Below, in pieces: positions 8,768 to 19,388 of a stretch of 64,000 nt of DNA. Positions within the stretch are counted from its first letter, which is position 1. Every line of letters begins with the position of its first letter. A program made the translations under genes and the position numbers. This DNA is from an uncultured Clostridia bacterium (GTDB lineage Bacteria; Bacillota; Clostridia; TANB77; CAG-508). The stretch spans positions 7,283 to 71,282 of the forward strand of contig CAMKSF010000007.1 in the NCBI GenBank assembly GCA_946415375.1, read 5' to 3'. The notes below the pieces were generated by a model that saw nothing but the letters and a program-made list of their open reading frames with translations, was not told the DNA's origin and did no database searches.

Positions 8768-11700
8768 ATGGGAAAGAAATGGGGGAAAAAAATGAAAGCT
8801 AAACTCAACTTTAAGAGTAAGAGAACCATAATTATAGCATCAATTATTGCGGTTTTAGCTGTTGGAGCTGGAGTTGGTGGATATTTCTATGCTAAAGGTA
8901 ATAACCAATCAGGAGCTACAAATGTAGATAATCAAACATCACAAAATTCAAGCCAAGAAAATGGAAAAACAACACCAAATTCAGATAACAAAAAAGACAA
9001 TAAAACACCTGACACAAACCCAGATAATGGAAATGCTAATAATAATGGTGAAGGCAATGGAAATGCAGACAATGGAAATACACCAGACAACGGAAATAAC
9101 AATGGAAATGCAGCAAACAACGGTGGAACAGACAATGGAAATAATGCAAATAATGGAGGAACAAATAACGGAAATGGAGCAAACAACGGAGGAAATGGAA
9201 ATGCAGCAGATAACGGAGCTCAAGATGCTGGAGATGACACTGATGCAACTACTGTTACAGAAACAGTAACAGAAGAAAATCCTTGGGAATCTCATTCTGT
9301 TAAATGGACTCCAGAAGCATTAAATGTTTCAACAGCAAAAGTAGATACAAGTATTCCACAACTACAAAGTGAAAAGATAGCTTATGTACAAGGTGAAGAA
9401 ATTGACGGTACACCTGATAATACAGCTGTTCAAAATGGAGAAGAAATAACATATGTTATTAAAGTTAAAAATACTGGTGATATAGATGCTAGCAAAGTTA
9501 TGATTTATGATACTGTACCAGAAGGAACAGTATTAAAAGAAAATGCAGAAGGAACAGTACAAACAATTAAAGATGCAGATGGAAAAGAAATTCAAAGAAT
9601 TGTATGGGAAAAAGATGTTAAAGCAGGAGAAACAATCGAAGTTTCTTTCAAAGTAACTGTAAATATTGAAGAAGTTGAAGGAGAAGAAATTGACTCAATT
9701 ACTTTAATTGAAAACAAAGCAACAGTTAATAGAAAAGAAACTAATAAAACTGAAAACCCAGTAATTACATCAAACAAAGTTGCAAGCTTAGTTGTAGATG
9801 AAGAAGCAACACCTATAACAAACGATGACTTTGTAAAACCAGGTCAAACAATAAGATACACAATTTTAGTAAAGAATACTTCAAAAGTAAAAGAAGCTAT
9901 TACAACAATAACAGATACAGTACCAGAAGGAACTACATTAGTAGAGAATTCAATTGATAAGAAAGTTGTTAACGTAGAAACAAATGCAGAAGGAAAAGTA
10001 ACATTAGAATGGAAAAATGTAGAAGTTAAAGCAAATGAGACTAAACCAGTTAGCTTTGATGTTACAGTAAATGATGTTACACCAGCTAAAATAAGAAACG
10101 TAGCAACAGTAGGGGAAACAGATACACCTCCAACAGAAAATGATGTATATATCGATTTAGATATCTCTAAAACATGGGATGATGCTAATAATCAAGATGG
10201 AAAAAGACCAGATATAATTACAGTAGTATTAAACAAAACAGTTGGAGATAATACTACACCAATTAAAGAAGCAACTATAACAGCAAAGACTGAATGGAAG
10301 TATACTTTCGAAGATTTACCAAAATATGAAGGTGAAACAGAAATAAAATATACTATTACAGAAAATGAAGTAAGAGATTACGAAACAAAAATAGACGGAT
10401 TTAGTATTACAAATAAACATGTCCCAGAAAAGACAGAAGCAACTGTTAAGAAAGTATGGGATGACAAAGACAACCAAGACGGAAAACGTCCAGCAAGTTT
10501 AACAGTACAGTTAAAAGCTAATGGACAAAATAGTGGAGATGCAGTTACATTAAATGCTGGAAATGAGTGGACAGCAACAGTAACAGATTTAGACAAATAT
10601 GCAAGCGGAAAAGAAATTGCATATACATGGTCAGAAACAGAAATACCAACTGGTTATACATTAACAGGAAATGCAGCAGAAGGAACAGTTACTACATTAA
10701 CAAATACACATGTACCAGAAACAACAGAAGCAACAATTAAGAAAATATGGGCAGATAGCTATAACCAAGATGGAAAACGTCCAGCAAGTTTAGATGTAAC
10801 ATTAAGTAATGTAACAGTTATTACATTAAGTGAAGATAATAAATGGACTTCAACAATAGAAGATTTACCAAAATATGCAAACGGAGTTGAAATAAAATAT
10901 ACTTGGAATGAAGCTGAAGTACCAGAAGGATATACATTAGAAAGTAATACTACAAATGGAACAGTAACAACAATAACAAATAAGCATACACCAGAGCTAA
11001 CAGATGTTACAGTTAAGAAAGTATGGGCAGATAGCGATAACCAAGATGGAAAACGTCCAGCAAACTTAACAGTAACTCTAAGTAATGGAACAGAAGTAAA
11101 ACTAAATGAAGAAAATGGATGGACAGCAACAATTAAAGATTTACCAGTATATAATGCTGGAAGAAAAATTGAATATACATGGACAGAAGGAACAATGCCA
11201 GAGGGCTATTCTTTAACAGATGAGGATACTCAAGGTTATGTTACAACATTAACAAACTCATACACACCTGAGACAACTGAAGCGACAGTTAAGAAGGTAT
11301 GGGATGATAATAATAACCAAGATGGAAAACGTCCAACAACATTAACAGTAACTCTAAGCAATGGAACAGATGTTACATTAAATGAAGGAAATAAATGGAC
11401 ACAAACTGTTGCAGGATTACCAAAATATGAAAAAGGACAATTAATTAAATATACATGGACAGAAAAGGATTTACCAGATTCATATGCATTAAAGAGTAGT
11501 AGTGCAAATGGAACAGTAACAACCATAACAAATACTCATACACCAGAAAAAACTGAAGCATCAGTTAAGAAAGTATGGGATGACGCAGATAATCAAGATG
11601 GAATCCGTCCAACAAGATTAGTTGTAAAATTAAGTAATGGAAGAGAAGTGACATTAAATAAAGATAATAACTGGGAAGCAAAAGTTGAAAATCTTCCAAA

Positions 11701-14569
11701 ATATGCAAATGGAACACAAATAAACTATACATGGTCAGAAGAAAATGTACCAGATGGATATAGCATAGAAAGCAATACTACAAACGGAACAATAACAACA
11801 ATAACAAATAAACACACACCAGCAGTAACAGAAGCATCAGTTAAAAAAGTATGGAATGACAACAATGACCAAGATGGAAAACGTCCAGCAAGCTTAACAG
11901 TATCATTAAGTAATGGAACAGAAGTAACATTAAATGAAGATAACAACTGGGAAGGAAAAGTTACAGGATTACCAAAATATGCAAATGGTCAAGAAATAGA
12001 GTATACATGGTCAGAAACAGAAGTTCCAGAAGGATATACATTAGAAAGTAATACTGCAAATGGAACAGTAACAACAATAACAAATAAGCATACACCAGCA
12101 GTAACAGAAGCGTCAGTTAAGAAAGTATGGGATGACGCAGATAACCAAGACGGAATCCGTCCAACAAGATTAGTTGTAAAATTAAGTAATGGAAGAGAAG
12201 TGACATTAAATAAAGACAATAACTGGGAAGGAAAAGTTACAGGATTACCAAAATATGCAAATGGTCAAGAAATAGAATATACATGGGCAGAAGAAAATGT
12301 ACCAGATGGATATAGCATAGAAAGCAATACTACAAATGGAACAGTAACAACAATAACAAATAAGCATACACCAGCTGTAACAGAAGCAACAGTTAAGAAG
12401 GTGTGGGATGACAACAATGACCAAGATGGAAAACGTCCAGCAAGCTTAACAGTAACATTAAGTAATGGAACAGAAGTAACATTAAATGAAGCAAACAAAT
12501 GGGAAGCAAAAGTTGAAAATCTTCCAAAATATGCAAATGGTCAAGAAATAGCTTATACATGGACAGAGGAAACATTAACAGATTATGAATTAACAAATAC
12601 AAATAAAGTGGGAACAGTAACAACTTTAACAAACAAAGTATTAAAACCAGATATATCAGTTACAAAGAAACAATATATGTACAATGCTGATACTGAAAAA
12701 TATGAAGAAGTTGATAATGGTACAGAGGTTAGAGCAGGAGATGAAATAGTATATCTTCTAACAGCAACAAATAATGGAAATAAAGCAGGAAAAACTACTA
12801 TAAGAGATCCAGAACCAGCTAATACAGATGCTGATAAAGCAGTAGCATGGATTGATGCAAACGAAAACTGTAAAAAAGATACTGGAGAAACAACAGTAAG
12901 CTTATCAGAGTTAAATGGAACTGGATATGAGGTAACAGTACCTGCAAATTCAGGAAAAGTAGTTATTGCATATAAAGTTATAGTTGACGGATATGCAAAT
13001 GAAGAGGTAACAAATACAGCATATTATACGAATGAAGGAGAAGAAAAAGAAGAAGAAGCTAATAAAACACGTGTTGTAAAAATAGAGGATGATATGGAAA
13101 TAGTACCAACAACATCTAATACAGAACAAGAATCAGTTAAACAACGAGTAATTTTAGTACTAGATTATTCAGGAAGTATGGAAGGTGCTAGAATAGAAGC
13201 ACTTAAATCTACAGCAAGTTCATTTATTGATAATTTCTTGAGTTTAAATGATGAAAATGAAATAATGATTATAAAATATGCTAAAGAATTAATAAATAGA
13301 AATCCATACTTTACATCAGATAAACAAATAGCAAAAGCTCAATTAAACACACAACCTGATGGAGGAACAAATATTGATGCAGGTTTAACAGAAGCTAATA
13401 AACATATAACAACTGCTAATGCAGCAACTACAAGTGTTATATTAATGACAGACGGATTACCAAGTAGATATATAATTAATTCAAATGGAAATTGTTCTAA
13501 CCAAATGGGTACTGGTTCAACATATTCTAGAGATACAGAAAAAGCAGCAAATGAAGCTATTGAATCAGCAGGTTGGATAAAATCTAAAGGATCAAAATTA
13601 TATACTATTGGATTCGGATTAGATGATATAGAAGGATATGGATATGATTGGGTATCAAATAGTGAACATGCGAAAGAAATAATTAGAAGTATTGCTACAC
13701 CAAGCAAGACTTTATCAGATGGAACAACAAAAAATTATTACCATTATGCAGCTAGTGGAGCAGAATTAAATGATGCATTTGAAAATATTTATACAGAGAT
13801 AACTACTAACCAAGATGGTGAACATAGTAATGAATCTTCTAAAGAAGGTATTATAACGATAGAAGAAGGATTTACTAAAGGCCAAGATGTAGAAATCTAT
13901 AAAGGAACTTATACAGAAGGATCTTCTACACCATATGCAACATTTACATGGAATTCATTCTTAGCAAGTGGATATGCAACATATACTGAAACACCTGAAG
14001 AAAAAATAACATTCAATTTAGGTAAGTATATGGAAGATAAAAATATGTCAACAGATGAAGAAGTAATTATTAGATTTGTAGCAGCAGGAACAGCGGCAGG
14101 AAATACAACTAATAAAGCTCGTTATAAAAAATTAAATCTATCATCAAAAGCATTAACTTTAGCAAAGGATATAGTTGAAGAAGAAAAAACGACAGATACA
14201 ACAAGTAAACAAGAAGAAAAAAATGATAAAATAGAAACTAATACTGATAATACTTCAACAGTAAATGAAGAGAAAAAAGAAAGCGAAAAAGAGGAAATGA
14301 AAGAGCTTAAGAAAGAAGAAAATAAATCTTCTGACGAAACAAGCGAAGCTAAAGAGATAGTAGAAGAAAAAGAAAATGTAGCTGAGACAAGTGAAAATGA
14401 ATCTTCTAAAAAGGAAGAAAAAGAAGAATCAAAAGAAACTAGTGAAAAAGAAAATTCAAAGCAAGAAGAAGTAAAACAAGAAAATGAAGAAAGCAAAGTA
14501 CAAGAAGAAATAAAAGGTGATGTATTAGATGACGTAAATACAAAACCTGAAACAACAGAAAAAGAATAA
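8768..14569 (+). CDS. giant surface adhesin: N/G-rich spacer, DUF11-like repeats, 9 CnaB-type repeats, VWA domain, E/K-rich tail; no sorting signal
   Basis: Likely start ATG 8792 (GGGGG RBS). N-terminal TM; TYVIKVKNTGD...DTVPEGT repeats; 9x (KKVWDDxDNQDGKRP...TNxHTPE); MIDAS LDYSGSM; ends ...KPETTEKE* without LPXTG or TM. Confidence 0.9.
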   Translation: MGKKWGKKMKAKLNFKSKRTIIIASIIAVLAVGAGVGGYFYAKGNNQSGATNVDNQTSQNSSQENGKTTPNSDNKKDNKTPDTNPDNGNANNNGEGNGNADNGNTPDNGNNNGNAANNGGTDNGNNANNGGTNNGNGANNGGNGNAADNGAQDAGDDTDATTVTETVTEENPWESHSVKWTPEALNVSTAKVDTSIPQLQSEKIAYVQGEEIDGTPDNTAVQNGEEITYVIKVKNTGDIDASKVMIYDTVPEGTVLKENAEGTVQTIKDADGKEIQRIVWEKDVKAGETIEVSFKVTVNIEEVEGEEIDSITLIENKATVNRKETNKTENPVITSNKVASLVVDEEATPITNDDFVKPGQTIRYTILVKNTSKVKEAITTITDTVPEGTTLVENSIDKKVVNVETNAEGKVTLEWKNVEVKANETKPVSFDVTVNDVTPAKIRNVATVGETDTPPTENDVYIDLDISKTWDDANNQDGKRPDIITVVLNKTVGDNTTPIKEATITAKTEWKYTFEDLPKYEGETEIKYTITENEVRDYETKIDGFSITNKHVPEKTEATVKKVWDDKDNQDGKRPASLTVQLKANGQNSGDAVTLNAGNEWTATVTDLDKYASGKEIAYTWSETEIPTGYTLTGNAAEGTVTTLTNTHVPETTEATIKKIWADSYNQDGKRPASLDVTLSNVTVITLSEDNKWTSTIEDLPKYANGVEIKYTWNEAEVPEGYTLESNTTNGTVTTITNKHTPELTDVTVKKVWADSDNQDGKRPANLTVTLSNGTEVKLNEENGWTATIKDLPVYNAGRKIEYTWTEGTMPEGYSLTDEDTQGYVTTLTNSYTPETTEATVKKVWDDNNNQDGKRPTTLTVTLSNGTDVTLNEGNKWTQTVAGLPKYEKGQLIKYTWTEKDLPDSYALKSSSANGTVTTITNTHTPEKTEASVKKVWDDADNQDGIRPTRLVVKLSNGREVTLNKDNNWEAKVENLPKYANGTQINYTWSEENVPDGYSIESNTTNGTITTITNKHTPAVTEASVKKVWNDNNDQDGKRPASLTVSLSNGTEVTLNEDNNWEGKVTGLPKYANGQEIEYTWSETEVPEGYTLESNTANGTVTTITNKHTPAVTEASVKKVWDDADNQDGIRPTRLVVKLSNGREVTLNKDNNWEGKVTGLPKYANGQEIEYTWAEENVPDGYSIESNTTNGTVTTITNKHTPAVTEATVKKVWDDNNDQDGKRPASLTVTLSNGTEVTLNEANKWEAKVENLPKYANGQEIAYTWTEETLTDYELTNTNKVGTVTTLTNKVLKPDISVTKKQYMYNADTEKYEEVDNGTEVRAGDEIVYLLTATNNGNKAGKTTIRDPEPANTDADKAVAWIDANENCKKDTGETTVSLSELNGTGYEVTVPANSGKVVIAYKVIVDGYANEEVTNTAYYTNEGEEKEEEANKTRVVKIEDDMEIVPTTSNTEQESVKQRVILVLDYSGSMEGARIEALKSTASSFIDNFLSLNDENEIMIIKYAKELINRNPYFTSDKQIAKAQLNTQPDGGTNIDAGLTEANKHITTANAATTSVILMTDGLPSRYIINSNGNCSNQMGTGSTYSRDTEKAANEAIESAGWIKSKGSKLYTIGFGLDDIEGYGYDWVSNSEHAKEIIRSIATPSKTLSDGTTKNYYHYAASGAELNDAFENIYTEITTNQDGEHSNESSKEGIITIEEGFTKGQDVEIYKGTYTEGSSTPYATFTWNSFLASGYATYTETPEEKITFNLGKYMEDKNMSTDEEVIIRFVAAGTAAGNTTNKARYKKLNLSSKALTLAKDIVEEEKTTDTTSKQEEKNDKIETNTDNTSTVNEEKKESEKEEMKELKKEENKSSDETSEAKEIVEEKENVAETSENESSKKEEKEESKETSEKENSKQEEVKQENEESKVQEEIKGDVLDDVNTKPETTEKE
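9000..9240 (+). repeat. low-complexity Asn/Gly-rich coding repeat
   Basis: Degenerate AATGGAAAT/GCAAACAAC-type units encoding NGNANNNGEGNGNADNGN...; generates spurious ORFs in other frames. Confidence 0.85.
10150..12640 (+). repeat. tandem array of nine ~277-bp CnaB-type coding repeats
   Basis: Repeat starts DISKTWDDANNQDGKRP, ATVKKVWDDKDNQDGKRP ... ; units 6-7 and 8-9 are near-identical at DNA level. Confidence 0.9.
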
Positions 14570-14628
14570 AATGAATTTCTCTTAAAAATCAATACATGCA
14601 ATACCACCTGCATGTGATAATATATAAT

Positions 14629-14661
14629 AAGTCAACTGTTTTAATAGTTGACTTATTTTTA
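14629..14661 (+). terminator. rho-independent terminator after the adhesin gene
   Basis: AAGTCAACT-GTTTTAAT-AGTTGACTT followed by ATTTTTA. Confidence 0.7.
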
Positions 14662-14704
14662 TATGATTTTTTTAGGTATTTTTTATTGAAAAATCTTTTA
14701 AAAA

Positions 14705-16444
14705 GTGATATACTTTTCACATAAAGGAGGAACGAATTTGCTCTACAAAAAAGCAGAAAGAATAGATATTCTACTTATAATAATACTGCTATTCATATCA
14801 CCATTTCTATTTGGTCTATATTATGAATTTTCATCATATTTGGCACAAATACTTATACTCATTATTCTTTTTGTAAAGTTAAAAAAGGAAAAGACATTTA
14901 AAGTGTATTTTAACTTTTCTTCTTGTTTCTTAGCAGCCATCTCAGCAGGGTATTTGTTTACATGTATTTATGCAGTAGATAAAGGAATGGCGCATTTAGG
15001 ATTCTTAAAATTTACTATTCCAATTACATTTGCTATACTGCTTATGCAATATAAACAAGAAGAAACAGAAGATATGATGAGATTAATTCCAATTGCAGGA
15101 GTTATAATGGTAATAGTATCAATGGTATTTAAGTATATACCATTCTTGCCAGATGTATTTTATCTGCCAAATGGAAGAATGATGGGATTTTTGCAATATG
15201 CAAATACATTTGCTTTATTTTTATTAATAGGTATTATTTATTCTGGATATTGTATAAAAGAAAAAACAAAAGTAATTATATATAACATTATTTTGCTTTT
15301 TGGAATTCTGGTTTCAGGATGCAGAACAGTGTTAATACTTACATTTATAAGTTATATAATTATGATTGTAAAGAAAAAAGAACTTAGAATATATTTTATT
15401 GCACTTGTTGTGGTTGCAATAGGAGGTACAATAGGATATGTTCTAATTACTGGAAATGTAAATACAATAGGAAGAATTCTTACAATTTCGGCAGAATCAA
15501 GATCACTTCAAGAAAGACTATTGTATTATAAAGATGCAATTCCACTTATATTAAAATACCCATTTGGTCTAGGTTTTGATGGATATTCATATATTCAACC
15601 ACAAATCCAAACAGGAATATATCAAGCATCATTTGTACATAATGATTATTTACAATTAATGTTAGATATTGGATTTATTCCAGTTATATTATTCCTAATC
15701 GCTATATATAAAAGTATATTTTGCAAAGAAAAGCCATTATGGTTAAAGCTAATTTTATTAACAATTGTTTTACATATTTTAATAGATTTTGATTTGCAAT
15801 TTATGATTATATTTTTGATACTAGTTATGACTATGAATTTGTGGGATGGAAAGAAATATGAATATGAAGTGAATACTAAGGCTATAATTACAATTCTATC
15901 TATAGTAGGTATTATTTACTTGTATTTTGGATTAGTTACAGTATTTCACTATTTTGAAAAAGATGAAATAGCTTCTAGCATGTATCCAATTTATACACAA
16001 TCAAATATTGCCATTGCAAATAAATATATGGAAAGTAATGATTTAAATAATGCCAATAGAATAGCTTCAAGGATATTAGAAACAAATAAAGAATTGGGAA
16101 TAGCACATAATATCAAAGCATATTATTATTTTACCAACAAAAACTGGAACCTAATGGAACAAAGTAAGAAAAAATACTTAATGGTAAATAAATATGATAT
16201 GAGTGAATATGAAAATTATGTATTAGCTTTAAGTGAAGTGATTCAGTATTATGCAGAAAATAATGAAATGGAAAAAGCAGTAGAGTATATAGAAAAAGTA
16301 GTAGAAGTTCCTCAAATAATAGAACAAGTGAAAAGCTCAACAAGTAGTATAGCATATAAACTAAAAGATATACCGACTTTTGAACTTAAAGAGAATGTTC
16401 AAAAATATATTTTAACAATGAAAGGGGTTTTAGAAAATGACTAA
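14705..16444 (+). CDS. O-antigen ligase/polymerase (Wzy_C)-family membrane protein with a soluble helical C-terminal domain
   Basis: Probable start TTG 14738 after AAGGAGGA; >10 TM helices; FVHNDYLQLMLDIGF loop motif typical of O-antigen ligase-like proteins; TPR-like tail. Confidence 0.7.
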   Translation: MIYFSHKGGTNLLYKKAERIDILLIIILLFISPFLFGLYYEFSSYLAQILILIILFVKLKKEKTFKVYFNFSSCFLAAISAGYLFTCIYAVDKGMAHLGFLKFTIPITFAILLMQYKQEETEDMMRLIPIAGVIMVIVSMVFKYIPFLPDVFYLPNGRMMGFLQYANTFALFLLIGIIYSGYCIKEKTKVIIYNIILLFGILVSGCRTVLILTFISYIIMIVKKKELRIYFIALVVVAIGGTIGYVLITGNVNTIGRILTISAESRSLQERLLYYKDAIPLILKYPFGLGFDGYSYIQPQIQTGIYQASFVHNDYLQLMLDIGFIPVILFLIAIYKSIFCKEKPLWLKLILLTIVLHILIDFDLQFMIIFLILVMTMNLWDGKKYEYEVNTKAIITILSIVGIIYLYFGLVTVFHYFEKDEIASSMYPIYTQSNIAIANKYMESNDLNNANRIASRILETNKELGIAHNIKAYYYFTNKNWNLMEQSKKKYLMVNKYDMSEYENYVLALSEVIQYYAENNEMEKAVEYIEKVVEVPQIIEQVKSSTSSIAYKLKDIPTFELKENVQKYILTMKGVLEND

Positions 16445-18074
16445 AACAAGTAAAAAATTATTATTGGTTATTTTACTTACAGTATTATCAGTATTTATGC
16501 TAAATGCAAAAGTATTTGCCGTAAGCAATGTAGAACAAGCAGTAGCAGAGCTAAAGAATAAAAATAATTTTAAAGATAGAACAGTATTTGTTGGACAAAG
16601 AATGGAAGTATTTTCAAATAATAATTATAGTATTTTGTACTATATACGTCCTACAATAAAATCAAGTAATCCAAAAGTTGTTGACCTTGAAAAAGATTCA
16701 ATAACTAATCTTATTGCAAAATCAGAAGGAACAGCAACAATTACTTTAACATATGTTCATACATATGAAGTAGAAGTACAAGACAATACACAAGAAAATG
16801 TTGATGAAAATGTAGTAGGAACATCTACACCTACAACAAGATATGAAACAAAGTCAGAAACAATAACTCAAAGCTACAAAATAACAGTAAAAAAGCCAAA
16901 TGATGCAAAATTACAATCAAAGACAAATGATGTTGTTTCTTTGACAAATAACTATTTAGATAATAAAACTAAAGTATTATTAGCAAATGGAGAACTTTGG
17001 AACTTAAATGGTAATACTGGTAAATTAGATAAAAAAGAAACAGGAAATGTTAAGAAATATACTTATGGAGATGCATATTTCCGTGAAGGTAAAAATTCAA
17101 AATGGCCAATGGTTTATCATACATTAAAAAATAATAAAAAATTAACAACAAAAACTGATTTAGGAACATTTAAAGCAACTAATGTTGTTGATGTAAATGC
17201 TTGTGGATATTTAAACTCAAAAGGAAAGTTTTATGGATTAGTTTTAAAAAATGATAAATTAAGCTATAAACAAAAAGCAAAAAATGTAGAAGCATTACTT
17301 GGAGACTATTTATTAAAAAAATCTGATGGACTTTATACAATAGGAGATGTAAAAATTGTAAAAGCAAAGATTAAAGATGCCATTGGAGATCCAGGTTCAG
17401 GAATCTATTTAGATAGTAAGAATGTTTTGTATAAATACACTTTTGATGCAAAAACAAAAAAATATAAAACAGAAAAAGTAGAAAAAAATGTAAAAGAAAT
17501 ACTAAACTGGGGAGTATATAAAACCAAAAAAGGAAAAATAAAAACCACATATAAAGATTATCCTAATTATGAGTATAAAAAAAGCTACTATACATCAGCA
17601 GGACAGTATCTAAGACTAAAATATAATGGAAATTTGTATATAGAAGATACTTTAATATTAAAAAATGTAGCAGAAATCGAGTATAGTGCAGAAGACTTTT
17701 ATCAAAAATATATAGTTAAGAAAGATGGAAGTATTTGGCTAATAAACATAGGAGATAATTCTAGCTTAAAACAAATAAGAAGCGGAAAAGATAGCGCAAA
17801 AGGACTTTCTGTTCCAACAAAAGTTAAAGCTAAAAAGAATGGAAAAACAAAAGCAAAAGTAACTTGGAAGAAAGTTGATGGAGCTACAAAATATACAGTA
17901 TATAGAGCAACAAGTAAAAATGGAAAGTATAAACAAGTAGGAACTGCAAAAGGTGGTTCATACACAGATAAAACAGTTAAAAAAGGTAAAAAATATTTCT
18001 ATAAAGTTGTAGCAAATGGAAGCAAAAAAATATTTAATAGCAAGAAGAGCGATGCTGCAAAGGTTAAGATGTAA
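16437..18074 (+). CDS. secreted protein with an N-terminal Big_2-like and a C-terminal Fn3-like domain
   Basis: Signal peptide (...AKVFA/VS); SSNPKVVDLEKDS...SEGTATITL (Big_2-like); VTWKKVDGATKYTVYRATSKNGKYKQVG...YFYKVVA (Fn3-like); 8-nt overlap with the upstream gene. Confidence 0.7.
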   Translation: MTKTSKKLLLVILLTVLSVFMLNAKVFAVSNVEQAVAELKNKNNFKDRTVFVGQRMEVFSNNNYSILYYIRPTIKSSNPKVVDLEKDSITNLIAKSEGTATITLTYVHTYEVEVQDNTQENVDENVVGTSTPTTRYETKSETITQSYKITVKKPNDAKLQSKTNDVVSLTNNYLDNKTKVLLANGELWNLNGNTGKLDKKETGNVKKYTYGDAYFREGKNSKWPMVYHTLKNNKKLTTKTDLGTFKATNVVDVNACGYLNSKGKFYGLVLKNDKLSYKQKAKNVEALLGDYLLKKSDGLYTIGDVKIVKAKIKDAIGDPGSGIYLDSKNVLYKYTFDAKTKKYKTEKVEKNVKEILNWGVYKTKKGKIKTTYKDYPNYEYKKSYYTSAGQYLRLKYNGNLYIEDTLILKNVAEIEYSAEDFYQKYIVKKDGSIWLINIGDNSSLKQIRSGKDSAKGLSVPTKVKAKKNGKTKAKVTWKKVDGATKYTVYRATSKNGKYKQVGTAKGGSYTDKTVKKGKKYFYKVVANGSKKIFNSKKSDAAKVKM

Positions 18075-18101
18075 AATTAAAATCATAGATTGAATAAAAG
18101 A

Positions 18102-18136
18102 ATTGAGGGAGATTTGTTTTCTTCCTCAATTTTTTG
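18102..18136 (+). terminator. rho-independent terminator
   Basis: ATTGAGGGAG / CTTCCTCAAT stem followed by T6. Confidence 0.65.
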
Positions 18137-18306
18137 TGTTTTTTCTTTTCGCTATTTTCTTTCGTTTTTTATTATTTTTTTCTTTTTCTGAAAATGTAAC
18201 AAAAATGTAAACAAAGTTTAATACGAATGTAATACAAATAGTGTATAATAAAATAGGATATAGTCTAAAGATATATTTTATTATAATAAAAAAGGAGGAA
18301 AAGCAA

Positions 18307-19386
18307 ATGCCTGAAGTAAAAAACAATTTAGGAAATACTGGTATAGAAGTAATAGAGCCACTAGAAGAAGAAAAAATAATAGATATTGTAAATCAAGTTG
18401 CAATTAGAATTATGACAGCTTTTCCTAACCATAATTTGAGTTATTTAGATATATATAGGACTTTGCTTGATACTCCTATGTATTATGCAAAGATTCCAAA
18501 AGGGCTTTCAAAAGCAAATTATTATTATAAAGATTCAAGTATATATTTCTCTGAAAATGCTAATTTATCAAAAGTAGATGAATTTATTTTTCATGAGTTT
18601 ATTCATAGATTGCAAGAAAGAAAAGATAAAAAAGGAAATATAACAAGACTTGGAGTATGTGAAGTAAATGAGCTTTCTGTAAAAGCTACAGCTCTAAATG
18701 AAGCAGCTATACAATTTGTTACAACAAAAGCTTTTGATATGCAAAAAAAACAGGTAAATATATATAATATAACTATGCCAAGTAGAACAGAATATTATCC
18801 AATAATAACCAATATTATTTCTCAACTTGCTTTTCTTTTAGGAGAAAATGTCTTAATAGATAGTACTCTTAATGGGAATGAAGAATTTAAAATAGATATT
18901 ATAGATAATGTTGGAGAAAATGAATATAAATTTATTGAAAAAAATCTAAATGATATTTTGCGTTTAAAGAGTGAGATATTAAATATACAAAACAATATGC
19001 AACTTGTAGATAAATGGGAAGGACCTGAAAATTCTAAAGCTTTAGAAATTGAACAAAAATCTAAGATAATTAGAAATATATTTTTTGATATACAAAACAA
19101 AATATATACATCATATTTTGATAATTTATTAAAAAGAACAGAAAATGATTTAGAAATAAATATGATTATACAAAAATTGCAAGATTACAAAGAATATATT
19201 GGAACAGCAGAAGATAATATTGCATTTAATTTATTCTATGGTGATTTTATTAAAAGAGCAGAACAAAGGATAGAAGAACTAAAGAATAAAACAGCTTTGA
19301 TTGTTTTGAAGGATAATATTGTTTATAGATTTTTTAGAAAAATAAAAAGACTATTTTTCAATTCAAAAAATGAATATAATAAATAG
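18307..19386 (+). CDS. hypothetical HExxH-motif protein (putative zinc metallopeptidase-like)
   Basis: AAGGAGG then ATG 18307 (MPEVKNN); the single metal-binding-type motif is FIFHEFIHRLQE; no signal peptide. Confidence 0.5.
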   Translation: MPEVKNNLGNTGIEVIEPLEEEKIIDIVNQVAIRIMTAFPNHNLSYLDIYRTLLDTPMYYAKIPKGLSKANYYYKDSSIYFSENANLSKVDEFIFHEFIHRLQERKDKKGNITRLGVCEVNELSVKATALNEAAIQFVTTKAFDMQKKQVNIYNITMPSRTEYYPIITNIISQLAFLLGENVLIDSTLNGNEEFKIDIIDNVGENEYKFIEKNLNDILRLKSEILNIQNNMQLVDKWEGPENSKALEIEQKSKIIRNIFFDIQNKIYTSYFDNLLKRTENDLEINMIIQKLQDYKEYIGTAEDNIAFNLFYGDFIKRAEQRIEELKNKTALIVLKDNIVYRFFRKIKRLFFNSKNEYNK

Positions 19387-19388
19387 TC

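Noticed and set aside
9000-9240. Short-period repeats checked as a possible CRISPR or other non-coding array
   Set aside because: The period is about 9-27 nt, degenerate and in frame within a coding sequence, with no repeat-spacer structure.
8932-9295. Four overlapping ORFs (both strands, 70-104 aa) inside the 5' part of the adhesin gene
   Set aside because: They lie entirely within the Asn/Gly-rich low-complexity repeat of the 1933-aa ORF. Their translations are repetitive nonsense (MEMQ..., ISIV..., FPLS...), typical frame artefacts.
10378-12632. Series of 72-96-aa minus-strand ORFs periodically spaced in the CnaB array
   Set aside because: They recur once per repeat unit because the repeat lacks stops on the antisense strand. 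They have no RBS and are fully nested in a well-supported gene.
14122-14613. 163-aa minus-strand ORF
   Set aside because: Antisense to the E/K-rich tail of the adhesin, giving an S/F-rich mirror translation.
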